A stretch of DNA of 64,000 nt, taken from assembly GCA_016935525.1 (NCBI GenBank), contig JAFGQU010000012.1:1248-65247 (forward strand). The letters are read 5' to 3'. Under the pieces are notes generated by a model. That model was given only the letters and a program-made list of their open reading frames with translations, made no database searches and had not been told where the DNA came from. Position 1 is the stretch's first letter, and each line of letters starts with the position of its first letter. Shown here in pieces: positions 37,543 through 46,700 of the stretch. The translations under genes were made by a program, and so were the position numbers. This DNA comes from Candidatus Omnitrophota bacterium. Lineage in GTDB: Bacteria; Omnitrophota; Gorgyraeia; Duberdicusellales; 4484-171.

Positions 37543-38490
37543 ATGGATGTAGTATTTTTCGCGATAATCAACCTTTTTTTCATTATCCTGCTCGGGTTCT
37601 ATCTGTACCGGAAAACGGTCCTTACCGAAGAATCGTTGAAATTCCTCACGTTTTTCGTGATCAACCTGTCGGTACCGTTTTTGTTTTTCTCGACGATCAT
37701 CCGTACGTTCGATCCGCGTCATAGCCCGCACGTGACGACGTTTTTAGTGTTAAGTGTTACGGTATTTCTTGTCGGTATCGCCGTCGGGTATATTTTTTCG
37801 TTGTGGTCGCCGCGCCCGGTACGCCGGGAATTCCTGAGCCTTGCCGCGTTCCAAAACGGCGGGTATTTACCGATGAACCTGGCGTTATTCCTGTTTTCGG
37901 CCGCGGATAAAGATACGTTCTTGGTCTATATATTTTTGTATCTTTTAGGGTTTAACGTATTGATGTGGTCGATCGGGAGTTTCCTGATATTCCGGAATAA
38001 AGATGCCAGGTTCGAGTTGCGGTCGTTATGTACGCCGCCGGTATTGAGTACTGCTATCGCGGTCGTGCTGGCGTATACCGGGTACGCCCGGTACGTACCG
38101 GAGGTAGTGTTGAGTCCGATGAAGATCATCGGTGACGTAAGTTTTCCGGTTTCAATGATCATCCTGGGGGCGTGGCTTGCGAAAAGCCGGATACCGCGCG
38201 GGTTTTCCGAGATCAAACCGTTACTTAATGTCGCGATAGTGAAACTGGTGATCGTACCGGCACTGTTTTTTGTCGCGGCGCTTAAACTGGATATCATGCC
38301 GTTTTTAGGTTTGTTTATCGTGATCGAAGCCAGTATGCCGTCAGCGGCGACGATGCCGATCATCGCGAACATACATAACGCCAATAGTGAGTTTACTTCT
38401 CAAGGAGTGTTTTTTACCCATCTGGTAGCGCTCGTTACGGTACCGGTATGGATCGAGTTATATTTGAAAGTAACCGGGTTTATGTTATGA
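37543..38490 (+). CDS. AEC (auxin efflux carrier) family transporter
   Basis: ~10 TM, F.N.GYLP, PP, K...P, SMPSA. Confidence 0.85.
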   Translation: MDVVFFAIINLFFIILLGFYLYRKTVLTEESLKFLTFFVINLSVPFLFFSTIIRTFDPRHSPHVTTFLVLSVTVFLVGIAVGYIFSLWSPRPVRREFLSLAAFQNGGYLPMNLALFLFSAADKDTFLVYIFLYLLGFNVLMWSIGSFLIFRNKDARFELRSLCTPPVLSTAIAVVLAYTGYARYVPEVVLSPMKIIGDVSFPVSMIILGAWLAKSRIPRGFSEIKPLLNVAIVKLVIVPALFFVAALKLDIMPFLGLFIVIEASMPSAATMPIIANIHNANSEFTSQGVFFTHLVALVTVPVWIELYLKVTGFML

Positions 38491-38948
38491 AAGTTGTTGC
38501 CACCCATCGTAAAGCACGGCATAATTACGATATCCTGGAAACCTATGAAGCCGGGATGGAACTTAAAGGGATGGAAGTGAAATCGTTACGGTTACGCGGC
38601 TGTTCCATCGACGAAAGTTTTGCCCGGGTCGAAAACGGTGAAGTATTCTTATATAACATGCATATCCCCGAATATAGTCAGGCATCGTATTTCCAGCCGG
38701 ATACCCGGCGTATCCGTAAACTTTTGTTGCATAAAAAAGAAATCAAACGGTTGATCGGCGTGACGACACAGAAAGGGTTGACCCTTATTCCGTTAAAAGT
38801 CTATTTTACCGACCGGGGGGTCGCGAAAGTACAGATCGCCGTCGGAAAAGGGCGTAAACTGTATGATAAACGGAAAAAGATGAGGGCGGAGATCACTAAA
38901 AAAGAAGCTGAACACGAAATGCGCCGCCATGCCAAACGTAAAGGTTGA
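38487..38948 (+). CDS. smpB: SsrA-binding protein
   Basis: RKARHNY, EAGMELKG.EVKSLR, RKLLLHK.EI, GRKLYDKR. Confidence 0.96.
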   Translation: MKVVATHRKARHNYDILETYEAGMELKGMEVKSLRLRGCSIDESFARVENGEVFLYNMHIPEYSQASYFQPDTRRIRKLLLHKKEIKRLIGVTTQKGLTLIPLKVYFTDRGVAKVQIAVGKGRKLYDKRKKMRAEITKKEAEHEMRRHAKRKG

Positions 38949-39015
38949 TAAATATCGTAAACCCGGTATAATTTTAAATTCATATAGAGTTCTTTAAAAA
39001 TATAATAAAATGTCC

Positions 39016-39285
39016 GGGCCGTGAGCTTCCCGATGTCGCCCGACGGCTTATCGGGATCAGCCTGAAGAAGAGCATTAAGGTTGCTGACAATCGGCTCCAG
39101 GCAGCGAGGGCTTCCGAGCCCAAGGTTGCTGGTTCAACGCTCGGATGTGGTTCGTTGACATTGATTTTGTGAAGTTTCGTCCAAGAACGTGCGGAGGTAG
39201 GCTGTTCGGGAACGAGTCGTCGGATACACTGACCCCTCGGGGTGATTTCGCCTACGGCGAAAAGTGTATACAGTTCCAGCACGGC
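39016..39285 (+). ncRNA. expanded tRNA-Lys-like sequence with insertions (structured ncRNA or pseudo-tRNA)
   Basis: colinear blocks match the adjacent tRNA-Lys: 11/12, 19/19 and 12/12 nt. Confidence 0.5.
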
Positions 39286-39319
39286 ATATATAATGTTTTT
39301 TTTAAATTGATAAATATTC

Positions 39320-39392
39320 GGGCCGTTAGCTCAATTGGCGGAGCAGGGGCCTCTTAAGCCCAAGGTTGCTGGTTCGATTCCAGCACGGCCCA
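39320..39392 (+). tRNA. tRNA-Lys (CTT), CCA not encoded
   Basis: GGGCCGT...ACGGCCC-A; loop CTCTTAA; GCTGG-TTCGATT-CCAGC. Confidence 0.93.
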
Positions 39393-39398
39393 CGTACC

Positions 39399-39483
39399 GC
39401 GCGGGTGGCGGAACTGGCAGACGCGCTAGATTCAGGTTCTAGTGGGTAACTCCGTGGGGGTTCAAATCCCCCCTCGCGCACCA
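39399..39483 (+). tRNA. tRNA-Leu (CAG), CCA encoded
   Basis: GCGCGGG...CTCGCGC-A-CCA; CTAGA-TTCAGGT-TCTAG. Confidence 0.95.
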
Positions 39484-39488
39484 TTTAT

Positions 39489-39565
39489 AGTCGATAGGAT
39501 ATAGTCTCTAGTCGCTGGTCTTTAGTCTCCAGTAAAAAAGACCAGAAACCAGAGACTGAAGACTG
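39489..39565. repeat. inverted heptamer pair (AGTCxCT / AGAxACC family)
   Basis: tagtctctagtcgctggtctttagtct...agaccagaaaccagagactgaagactg. Confidence 0.8.
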
Positions 39566-39571
39566 CTTGCC

Positions 39572-39994
39572 ATGCATAAATTCGAGATCATCGAACATGC
39601 CGCGGATGTAGGATTAAGAGTATACGGCAAGGACTATAAAGAGTTGTTTTTAAACGCGGCCTGGGGAGCATGCGCGCTCCTGGTCGATGATTTGCCTTCC
39701 GAGAGAGATACCCGTCCGGTCGAACTTACCGCCTCGACAATCGAAGACCTGCTTGTCGATTGGCTGAACGAACTGGTTTCGTTATTTTACGCGGAAAAGT
39801 TTTTACCGAAAGATATCGAAATACAGATCCATCAGGAAGAGTCGAGCTGTGAACTTGTTGCCGAACTTATCGGCGGACAATATGATCCGTATACACAAAA
39901 AGTGAATATGGAGGTAAAAGCCGCAACCCACCATAAACTGCATATCGAACAAAAAGAAGAATATCTCGAAACGCAGATAATTTTTGATGTCTAA
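39572..39994 (+). CDS. archease
   Basis: EHAADVG, LFLNAA, LLVDWLNEL, EVKAATHH, C-terminal FDV. Confidence 0.92.
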   Translation: MHKFEIIEHAADVGLRVYGKDYKELFLNAAWGACALLVDDLPSERDTRPVELTASTIEDLLVDWLNELVSLFYAEKFLPKDIEIQIHQEESSCELVAELIGGQYDPYTQKVNMEVKAATHHKLHIEQKEEYLETQIIFDV

Positions 39995-40128
39995 CGTCAC
40001 GTCACATAGACACATAGTCACAAGGTCACACGTGTCTAAAAAAACAGAATATCAATTTGTCTGGATTCTTTCGTGTGACGTGTGTCGTGCTTGCCCCGTT
40101 GCGTAAACTCAAGGGGTGACTGTGTGAC
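39995..40128. repeat. GTCACA octamer inverted pair with embedded hairpin
   Basis: gtcacatagacacatagtcacaaggtcacacg...cgtgtgacgtgtgtcgtgcttgccccgttg..ggggtgactgtgtgac; right half matches 48117-48166 in reverse complement. Confidence 0.8.
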
Positions 40129-40140
40129 TTGGAAGCATTT

Positions 40141-41589
40141 ATGAGTATCCCACTCGAAAAATTAACCGAGTATAAGTACCGTATCCCTAAAAGTTATAAA
40201 GCGGGGATGCGGGTCGACGGTATTGTCTATATCGATGAGAAGATGTTGCCGTCACTCGTTGATGATAACGCGTTAGATCAGGTCGCGCATGTCGCGTTCC
40301 TTCCCGGTATTGTGAAATATTCGTTGGCAATGCCCGATATCCATTGGGGATACGGGTTTTGTATCGGCGGAGTTGCCGCGACCGATATCGCCCAAGGCGG
40401 GGTGATATCACCGGGCGGGGTCGGGTTTGATATTAATTGCGGTGTAAGGCTCTTACGTACGGATCTTGATGTTTCCGACCTGAGCGGAAAAATAGAAAAA
40501 ATAGTGAACAACCTTTATCATCATGTCCCTTCCGGAGTCGGGTCAAAAGGCGAGGTAAAGGTGTCCCGGCAGGAACAGAAACGGTTGATGATCAACGGCG
40601 CTCAATGGGCCGTATCTCGCGGGTTCGGTACGCCGGACGACCTGGAATATTGCGAAGAAAACGGCGCGATGGAAGGCGCTGACCCCGATACCGTATCCGA
40701 CCGGGCGTATGAACGAGGGAAACAACAGGCCGGGACATTGGGAAGCGGGAACCATTTTCTTGAAGTACAACGGGTTGAAGAGATATTCGATATTGACGCG
40801 GCAGGAGTATTAGGGGTCTGGCCTGGACAGATAATGGTAATGGTCCATACCGGGTCACGCGGGTTCGGATATCAGATCTGTGATGAATACGTACGGCTCA
40901 TGCGGAACTGTCTTACCAAATATAAAATAGAAGTACCGGACCGGCAACTTGCCTGCGCGCCGGTAAATAGCCCGGAAGGGAAACAGTATCTTGGCGCGAT
41001 GCGCGCTGCGGCAAATTATGCCTGGGCAAATCGGCAGGTGATCACTCATCTGGTACGGGAAAGTTTTGAAAAAGTGTTTTCAAAAAGCTGGCAGACGATG
41101 GGGATGGACCTTGTGTATGATGTCGCGCATAATGTCGCGAAAATAGAGACTCATACCGTAGACGGTGAGAAAAAGAAATTATGTGTCCATCGTAAAGGCG
41201 CGACCCGTTCGTTCGGCCCGAACAACAGCGATATCCCTTCGAAATATCAGGGTATCGGTCAGCCGGTGATCATTCCCGGAGATATGGGCCGGGCGTCGTA
41301 TCTGTTGGTCGGGACCGCTCATGCGGAAGAAGAGACGTTCGGTACGACCTGTCATGGCGCCGGCCGGTTGAAATCACGGCATGAAGCGTTGAAGACTATC
41401 AGGTTCGATCAGTTGATGAAAGAGTTGAAAGAAAAAGGGATCGAAGTCCGGGCGACCGGGAAAAAGACGATCGTGGAAGAAGCGCCGCAGGCGTATAAAG
41501 ATGTGAACGATGTGGTCGATATCGTCCATCGTGCCGGCCTGTCTAAACGGGTGTGCCGGATGAAACCTCTTTGCGTGGTGAAAGGATAA
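40141..41589 (+). CDS. rtcB: RtcB RNA ligase (archaeal/eukaryotic-like long type)
   Basis: MPDIHWGYGFCIGG, GFDINCG, GSGNHF, HTGSRG, HRKGATR, CHGAGR, EEAP.AYK, C-terminal KG. Confidence 0.96.
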   Translation: MSIPLEKLTEYKYRIPKSYKAGMRVDGIVYIDEKMLPSLVDDNALDQVAHVAFLPGIVKYSLAMPDIHWGYGFCIGGVAATDIAQGGVISPGGVGFDINCGVRLLRTDLDVSDLSGKIEKIVNNLYHHVPSGVGSKGEVKVSRQEQKRLMINGAQWAVSRGFGTPDDLEYCEENGAMEGADPDTVSDRAYERGKQQAGTLGSGNHFLEVQRVEEIFDIDAAGVLGVWPGQIMVMVHTGSRGFGYQICDEYVRLMRNCLTKYKIEVPDRQLACAPVNSPEGKQYLGAMRAAANYAWANRQVITHLVRESFEKVFSKSWQTMGMDLVYDVAHNVAKIETHTVDGEKKKLCVHRKGATRSFGPNNSDIPSKYQGIGQPVIIPGDMGRASYLLVGTAHAEEETFGTTCHGAGRLKSRHEALKTIRFDQLMKELKEKGIEVRATGKKTIVEEAPQAYKDVNDVVDIVHRAGLSKRVCRMKPLCVVKG

Positions 41590-41684
41590 TGCACGTCACA
41601 TGTCACACGACACACGTCATACGTAGGAGCGTGGAGAAATGCGGGTTTGCTATTAGGAAAATTATATAATATAATTGTTTAAAT

Positions 41685-42956
41685 ATGTTGGACGCGAAGT
41701 TTATAAGACAGAATCCGGATGTCGTGCGCGAGGCGCTTAAAAAGCGGAACGATCGTTACGATCTTGACGCGTTTTGCGAGTTAGACGAGAAACGCCGGCT
41801 GATTTTGGCGAAGGTCGAGGAGATAAATGCCGCCCAGAACCGGATCGATCAGGAAATACAATCGTTGATCAAAACAAAAAAAGATCCCAAACCGAAGATA
41901 GAGGAAGGGAAAAAGCTTAAAACCGATCTTGTCCGGATCAACGGCGAATACGCCCGCCTTAACGAACAGTTTAAAACTGAACTTTTAAAAATACCGAATA
42001 TCCCGCACGAGTCTCTCCCGGTAGGCGACGCCTCGCACAATAAGGTCGTCCGGGAAGGCGGTACGAAAAAAGAATTTAAATTCGCTCCGCGTGACCATAT
42101 CGAGTTAGCCGAGGCCCTCGATATCATCGATTTCAAACGCGCGGCAAAACTTTCCGGTTCGAATTTCGTGTTATTTAAAGGCGACGGCGCGCGGTTAGTC
42201 CGGGCGTTGATCAATTTCATGCTGGATATCCATACCGACGAACACGGGTATAAAGAGATCGTCCCCCCGGTTATCGTGAACCGCGATTCGATGACCGCGA
42301 CCGGCCAGTTGCCGAAATTGGAAGAGGATATGTATGTGACCAAAGAGGATGGCCTGTTTCTGATCCCGACCGCGGAAGTCCCGCTCACCAATATCCATCG
42401 TAACGATGTGTTGGAGTATGATGAGTTACCGATACAATATACCGCCTATACACCCTGTTTTCGCCGGGAAGCCGGTTCTTACGGGAAAGATACCCGGGGC
42501 CTTATGCGGGTACATCAGTTCGATAAAGTGGAACTGGTAAAGTTCGTCAAGCCCGATACTTCATATGACGAACTTGAAAAACTGTTGGCACATGCGATAA
42601 AGATCATTGAATTGTTGGGGATACCGTACCGGGTATTGTTGCTCGCAAGTGGTGATATCAGTTTTGCCGCGGCAAAATGTTATGATATCGAGATCTATGC
42701 GCCCGGCCTTGACCGGTGGCTGGAAGTATCGAGTTGTTCGAATTTCGAAGATTTCCAGGCCCGCCGCGGGAATATCCGGTATAAAGACCCCGATATGGGA
42801 AAGATGCAGTTTGTCCATACGTTAAACGGGTCGGGCGTGGCTCTGGCGCGGCTGATCGTCGCGATACTTGAGAATTATCAAAACGAAGACGGTTCGATAG
42901 AAATACCCGAACCGTTAAGGAGGTATATGAATGGCAAAGTACGAATCGAGAAGTAA
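41685..42956 (+). CDS. serS: seryl-tRNA synthetase
   Basis: LIPTAEVP, FRREAGSYG.DTRG..R.HQF.KVE, EVSSCSN, TLNGSG.A. Confidence 0.97.
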   Translation: MLDAKFIRQNPDVVREALKKRNDRYDLDAFCELDEKRRLILAKVEEINAAQNRIDQEIQSLIKTKKDPKPKIEEGKKLKTDLVRINGEYARLNEQFKTELLKIPNIPHESLPVGDASHNKVVREGGTKKEFKFAPRDHIELAEALDIIDFKRAAKLSGSNFVLFKGDGARLVRALINFMLDIHTDEHGYKEIVPPVIVNRDSMTATGQLPKLEEDMYVTKEDGLFLIPTAEVPLTNIHRNDVLEYDELPIQYTAYTPCFRREAGSYGKDTRGLMRVHQFDKVELVKFVKPDTSYDELEKLLAHAIKIIELLGIPYRVLLLASGDISFAAAKCYDIEIYAPGLDRWLEVSSCSNFEDFQARRGNIRYKDPDMGKMQFVHTLNGSGVALARLIVAILENYQNEDGSIEIPEPLRRYMNGKVRIEK

Positions 42957-43518
42957 TTATCTGATCACGCTGGCGAAATTCGTTTTCTTTCTCATCTTTT
43001 TCTGTTTTATGGTAAAACTTACCGGGAACCTGCTTTCGGATATGCAGTCGATCGCTACGTTGAGCCTGAAAGTGTTCTATGTCTCCATATTCTCGGCGCT
43101 CATGTTTTACCTGTTTATCGCCGATCTGAACACTATTTACGACCATATCCAGAACTTTTTTTTCCGTCATTCGTTCGTAAACCTTATCTTACCTTCGGTA
43201 CTGGTGCTTCTGGCGCTGGGATATTTTATTATTCCCAAGATATGGAGCTTATCGTTCGATAAAGATACGTTTGTATTTTTAGGCGGGTTTATCCTGATGA
43301 TCCATCTTATCTATATCGCGCAACAGACTCGCGAGGGGAGTTTCGTGGGATTTGTGAACTATCTGTTCATGTTCAGTACATTATATGTGGTCAGTATCTT
43401 CTTGTTCGCGGTCTATCTACGGGTCGCGTTCCCGCTTAATATCGGTGACCTTATCGTCCACAGTTTTAACGATAGTACCCGCCTGGTCGTGGATCTGTAT
43501 AAGCAGATCGTGCATTAA
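42931..43518 (+). CDS. hypothetical membrane protein
   Basis: about 5 hydrophobic helices; overlaps serS end. Confidence 0.6.
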   Translation: MAKYESRSNYLITLAKFVFFLIFFCFMVKLTGNLLSDMQSIATLSLKVFYVSIFSALMFYLFIADLNTIYDHIQNFFFRHSFVNLILPSVLVLLALGYFIIPKIWSLSFDKDTFVFLGGFILMIHLIYIAQQTREGSFVGFVNYLFMFSTLYVVSIFLFAVYLRVAFPLNIGDLIVHSFNDSTRLVVDLYKQIVH

Positions 43519-43716
43519 GGAAGACGTAACGCGGAATGCGACACGCGTAACGCGTGAGGGGAATACCGAATGTACACTTCCGAAGTGTACAAAGGGGGTA
43601 GCGGTGAGCGGTTAGGAATAGTCGATAGTGTATAGTTTTCCCCCCTCCACCCGATACCCTATCATTATTCGCCACACGACACATAGTCTCACGTTAAAAA
43701 GTACAAAAATAAAACG

Positions 43717-43750
43717 AAAACCTCCGGCAGCTTCGTGAGTTGCCGGAGGT
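43717..43750 (-). terminator. intrinsic terminator
   Basis: ACCTCCGGCA...TGCCGGAGGT stem, T-run on the minus strand. Confidence 0.75.
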
Positions 43751-43778
43751 CTATTATATCTGTAATAGAGATACTTTA

Positions 43779-46700
43779 TTAATAACCGAGCTCATCGAGT
43801 TTCGCTAAAATAGATCTGGCATCGGAAAAAGGTCCCGGCGGGACATAGGCGTTCGTATTATTTGCCCAATTCAGAAAAGATTCAACATTGATCCGTATTT
43901 CCTCTCTATGCCATTCGGTCAATCCGGAAAGATCGATTGTCTGATCGACATCATACATCGCTCTTTGGAAGTTATCGGTCGTATACCCGCCTTCTACGAT
44001 CCAGTCGACCGGTTCTTGATCGTCATATTTCCGGAAAAGCCCTAGACTGGTGATATCGTCACCGTCAGGTGGTCCGGATGTTATGTTTATCGGGTTGATT
44101 CCATTATCCGGCCAATTGTTCCAACCTTCTCCCATAAATATCATTGCCGGTTCTCCGTCGGGAGTATAGTCGACAAATATGAAGTGATCTAAAGGTAAAT
44201 TAGGTCCTTCCCAGCCGGGAGGCATGAACCCGTTATCGCCTCCTATTCTTACTCTGAACCGGCCGTTAGGCCCGGTGACATTAGGGAAGTAAAGACTGAA
44301 ATCGTCAATCATGCTTCCGTTTCCTTCGTCAAAAGCGAACCAGCAGTTTGCGCAAGTTACATTCATGTCAGGTGTGACTCCATGATAATCTAATATCTGT
44401 GCGTATTCTGCCGCATTGACATCAAATATCCCGTCAGTAGTCACAATCCGGACATATTCCGCCGAACCGGTAGTAGGTTTCCCGGTGATCATACTGAATA
44501 TACTTTTCCCCATGCTTTGTTGATTTATGCCATGCGCTACGATCCAGGGGTTCTGTACCTCAGGATGAGCTTCAAGAAAAGCGGGTAACATCTCAAGAGT
44601 AATTACAGGGTCACGTCCGACTGCGGCCATATGGGCTGCGGACAATACTACTTCTGGATCGGTGATGTCTGCGATGACGAATACTCTATCAACATACCGG
44701 CCTTCAAACGCATCTGCGTTTACGATCTTAGCTACTAAAGCTAAATCGACCTTATTATTTGATCCGCTTAATGTGGTAGCCGCATAGTCAACCCTATTAA
44801 AATGATTCATCGAGGGGATAAAGTCATCGGCAAATCTCGAAAGGTCGTCCATAGAGATAACTGGTTCTCCGTATCCATCAGGAAGGTCGAGAGGAATACC
44901 GTTTACGGAAAGGAACCACGCTTCCAGTCCCGGTCCCAGTTCGGCAAAAGCGATTTGCGTAAGATCTCCGGATTGAGCGCCTTGGTATGCTCCATAAAGA
45001 TCGGCAATGGTCAGGGCTCCTAAGATCGCCCGGCGTGATATCGGGTTCTGCATGGCAGCTTGTACAGCGCTTATTTCAAAGAAACCGGTCGTTGCCACGT
45101 TGATCGATGAAGCGATATAGGTTGAACACCATAACGGCAGTTCGCCTAAAGTGATTTCGCCGGCAAGTACCGGCGATAATATCTCGCCGCCTACGGCAAC
45201 ACCGGCTTCTATCGCTCCTTTTATGACTACTCCGGTAACGGCTGCGCCTCCGATTGCGTTGATAGTCCCGAAAAACATATCCATCGGATCACTGCCGGGA
45301 CGACTGGCCAGATCTGCCAGATGTACTACCGCACCATGATCGAAAATCCCGCCGTGGAGAAAATCCAGGCCTATCTCGTCGGCTAAATACCCAATACCGC
45401 CGGGAATGAAACTGACTATCCCGTCGAGAAAAGCTATTGCTCTTTCTGTCGTGGTCCCGTCACCGAACCCGCCCATAGCGAATTGGAAACATCCTTTGAT
45501 ATGTTCAGGATAAGGTAACGCACCGCTGGCAAGATGTTCATATTGAGGATCGTCACGATATTCGTCCGGTATGGCATTGATGATATCGTCCATCATATTA
45601 AGAGAGTTCATGACCGCTCCAGGATCGAGCGTAAGCATGATCGCAAGGTCTATATCGCTGCTGTTTTGGTTGATATAGTTAGACATCTCTTCGAAAAGCT
45701 GGTCGTCGAGCACGTCGGAGGAGACCTGCGCGGCGATTGCAGGGAATACTTCGTTGGCCATATATGTATTCACCGTTTCGGCGTCGAACCATTCGCTGAC
45801 GGTGATATTATCAATGTTGATATCTGGGTTTATTGCTAATGTGCCGATATGTTGAGTCCCGTCTTCGGCCGTTACTACCCCGACCATTGCTTCTCCGGGA
45901 CGAATAAATAGTGAAGAGAAATTATCGGCATTGACGGTTTGGGTCTGTATCGTGTCGTTTTGTCCCATGGTAGTTATCTGGACGTCTTCGTTTCCCCCGG
46001 TGAATGAATAATCGAACGTGCCGACACCGGCAACAAATTCGTCAGGAAGATAATCGTTGACAAATACGTCGTCAGCATTTTTCATGATACCGGCTATCGT
46101 ATTGCCGTGCACGTTATCAGTAAGGATTAAGGCTACTCCCGATTCGGGATCGTAAGCGGATACGGTCGATGTCTCATCGATGATACCGTTGGCAAATCCT
46201 TCTAACGGATCGTAGATTGTTCCGGGATGGGCGGTAAGACCGGGACCGGTTTCTTCAAGGTCTACATCGATTATCCCGTCTTCTACCGCGGTAGTCATGC
46301 CCATGACGATATTCGCGCTGATTGTGCCGTCGTTGATTCCTGTCTCGACGTCTGACCAGGAAATCTCAATAAGACCGGTATGAGTTGTTCCGTCATAAGG
46401 GTCGACATATTCTCCCCATGCGACCGGTTCGGATCCGTTCAGGTCGATGGTAAAAAAGTTCACTTCTGTTGGGTTTTGTTCCGGTTCCCACTCTTCACCC
46501 ATTGAACCGGCAAGCCAGGCATCGTCCATATTACTGTCGACACCGGCTTCATCTAATCCCCAGAGTTGCCACCAATCCGCCGCACCTTCATAGAATATCT
46601 CAATATCCGGTTCTTGATCGAATACGTAAGGTTGACTGGGGAAATCCGATGCCGGTACATCCATATCTAGATCGGGGCTACTCTGGATGAAATGGAGTTC

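Noticed and set aside
39016-39285. tmRNA (ssrA) next to smpB, or a group I intron in a tRNA
   Set aside because: No intact terminal T arm plus CCA, no G3:U70 alanine identity, no clear tag ORF, and no recognisable group I P7 core.
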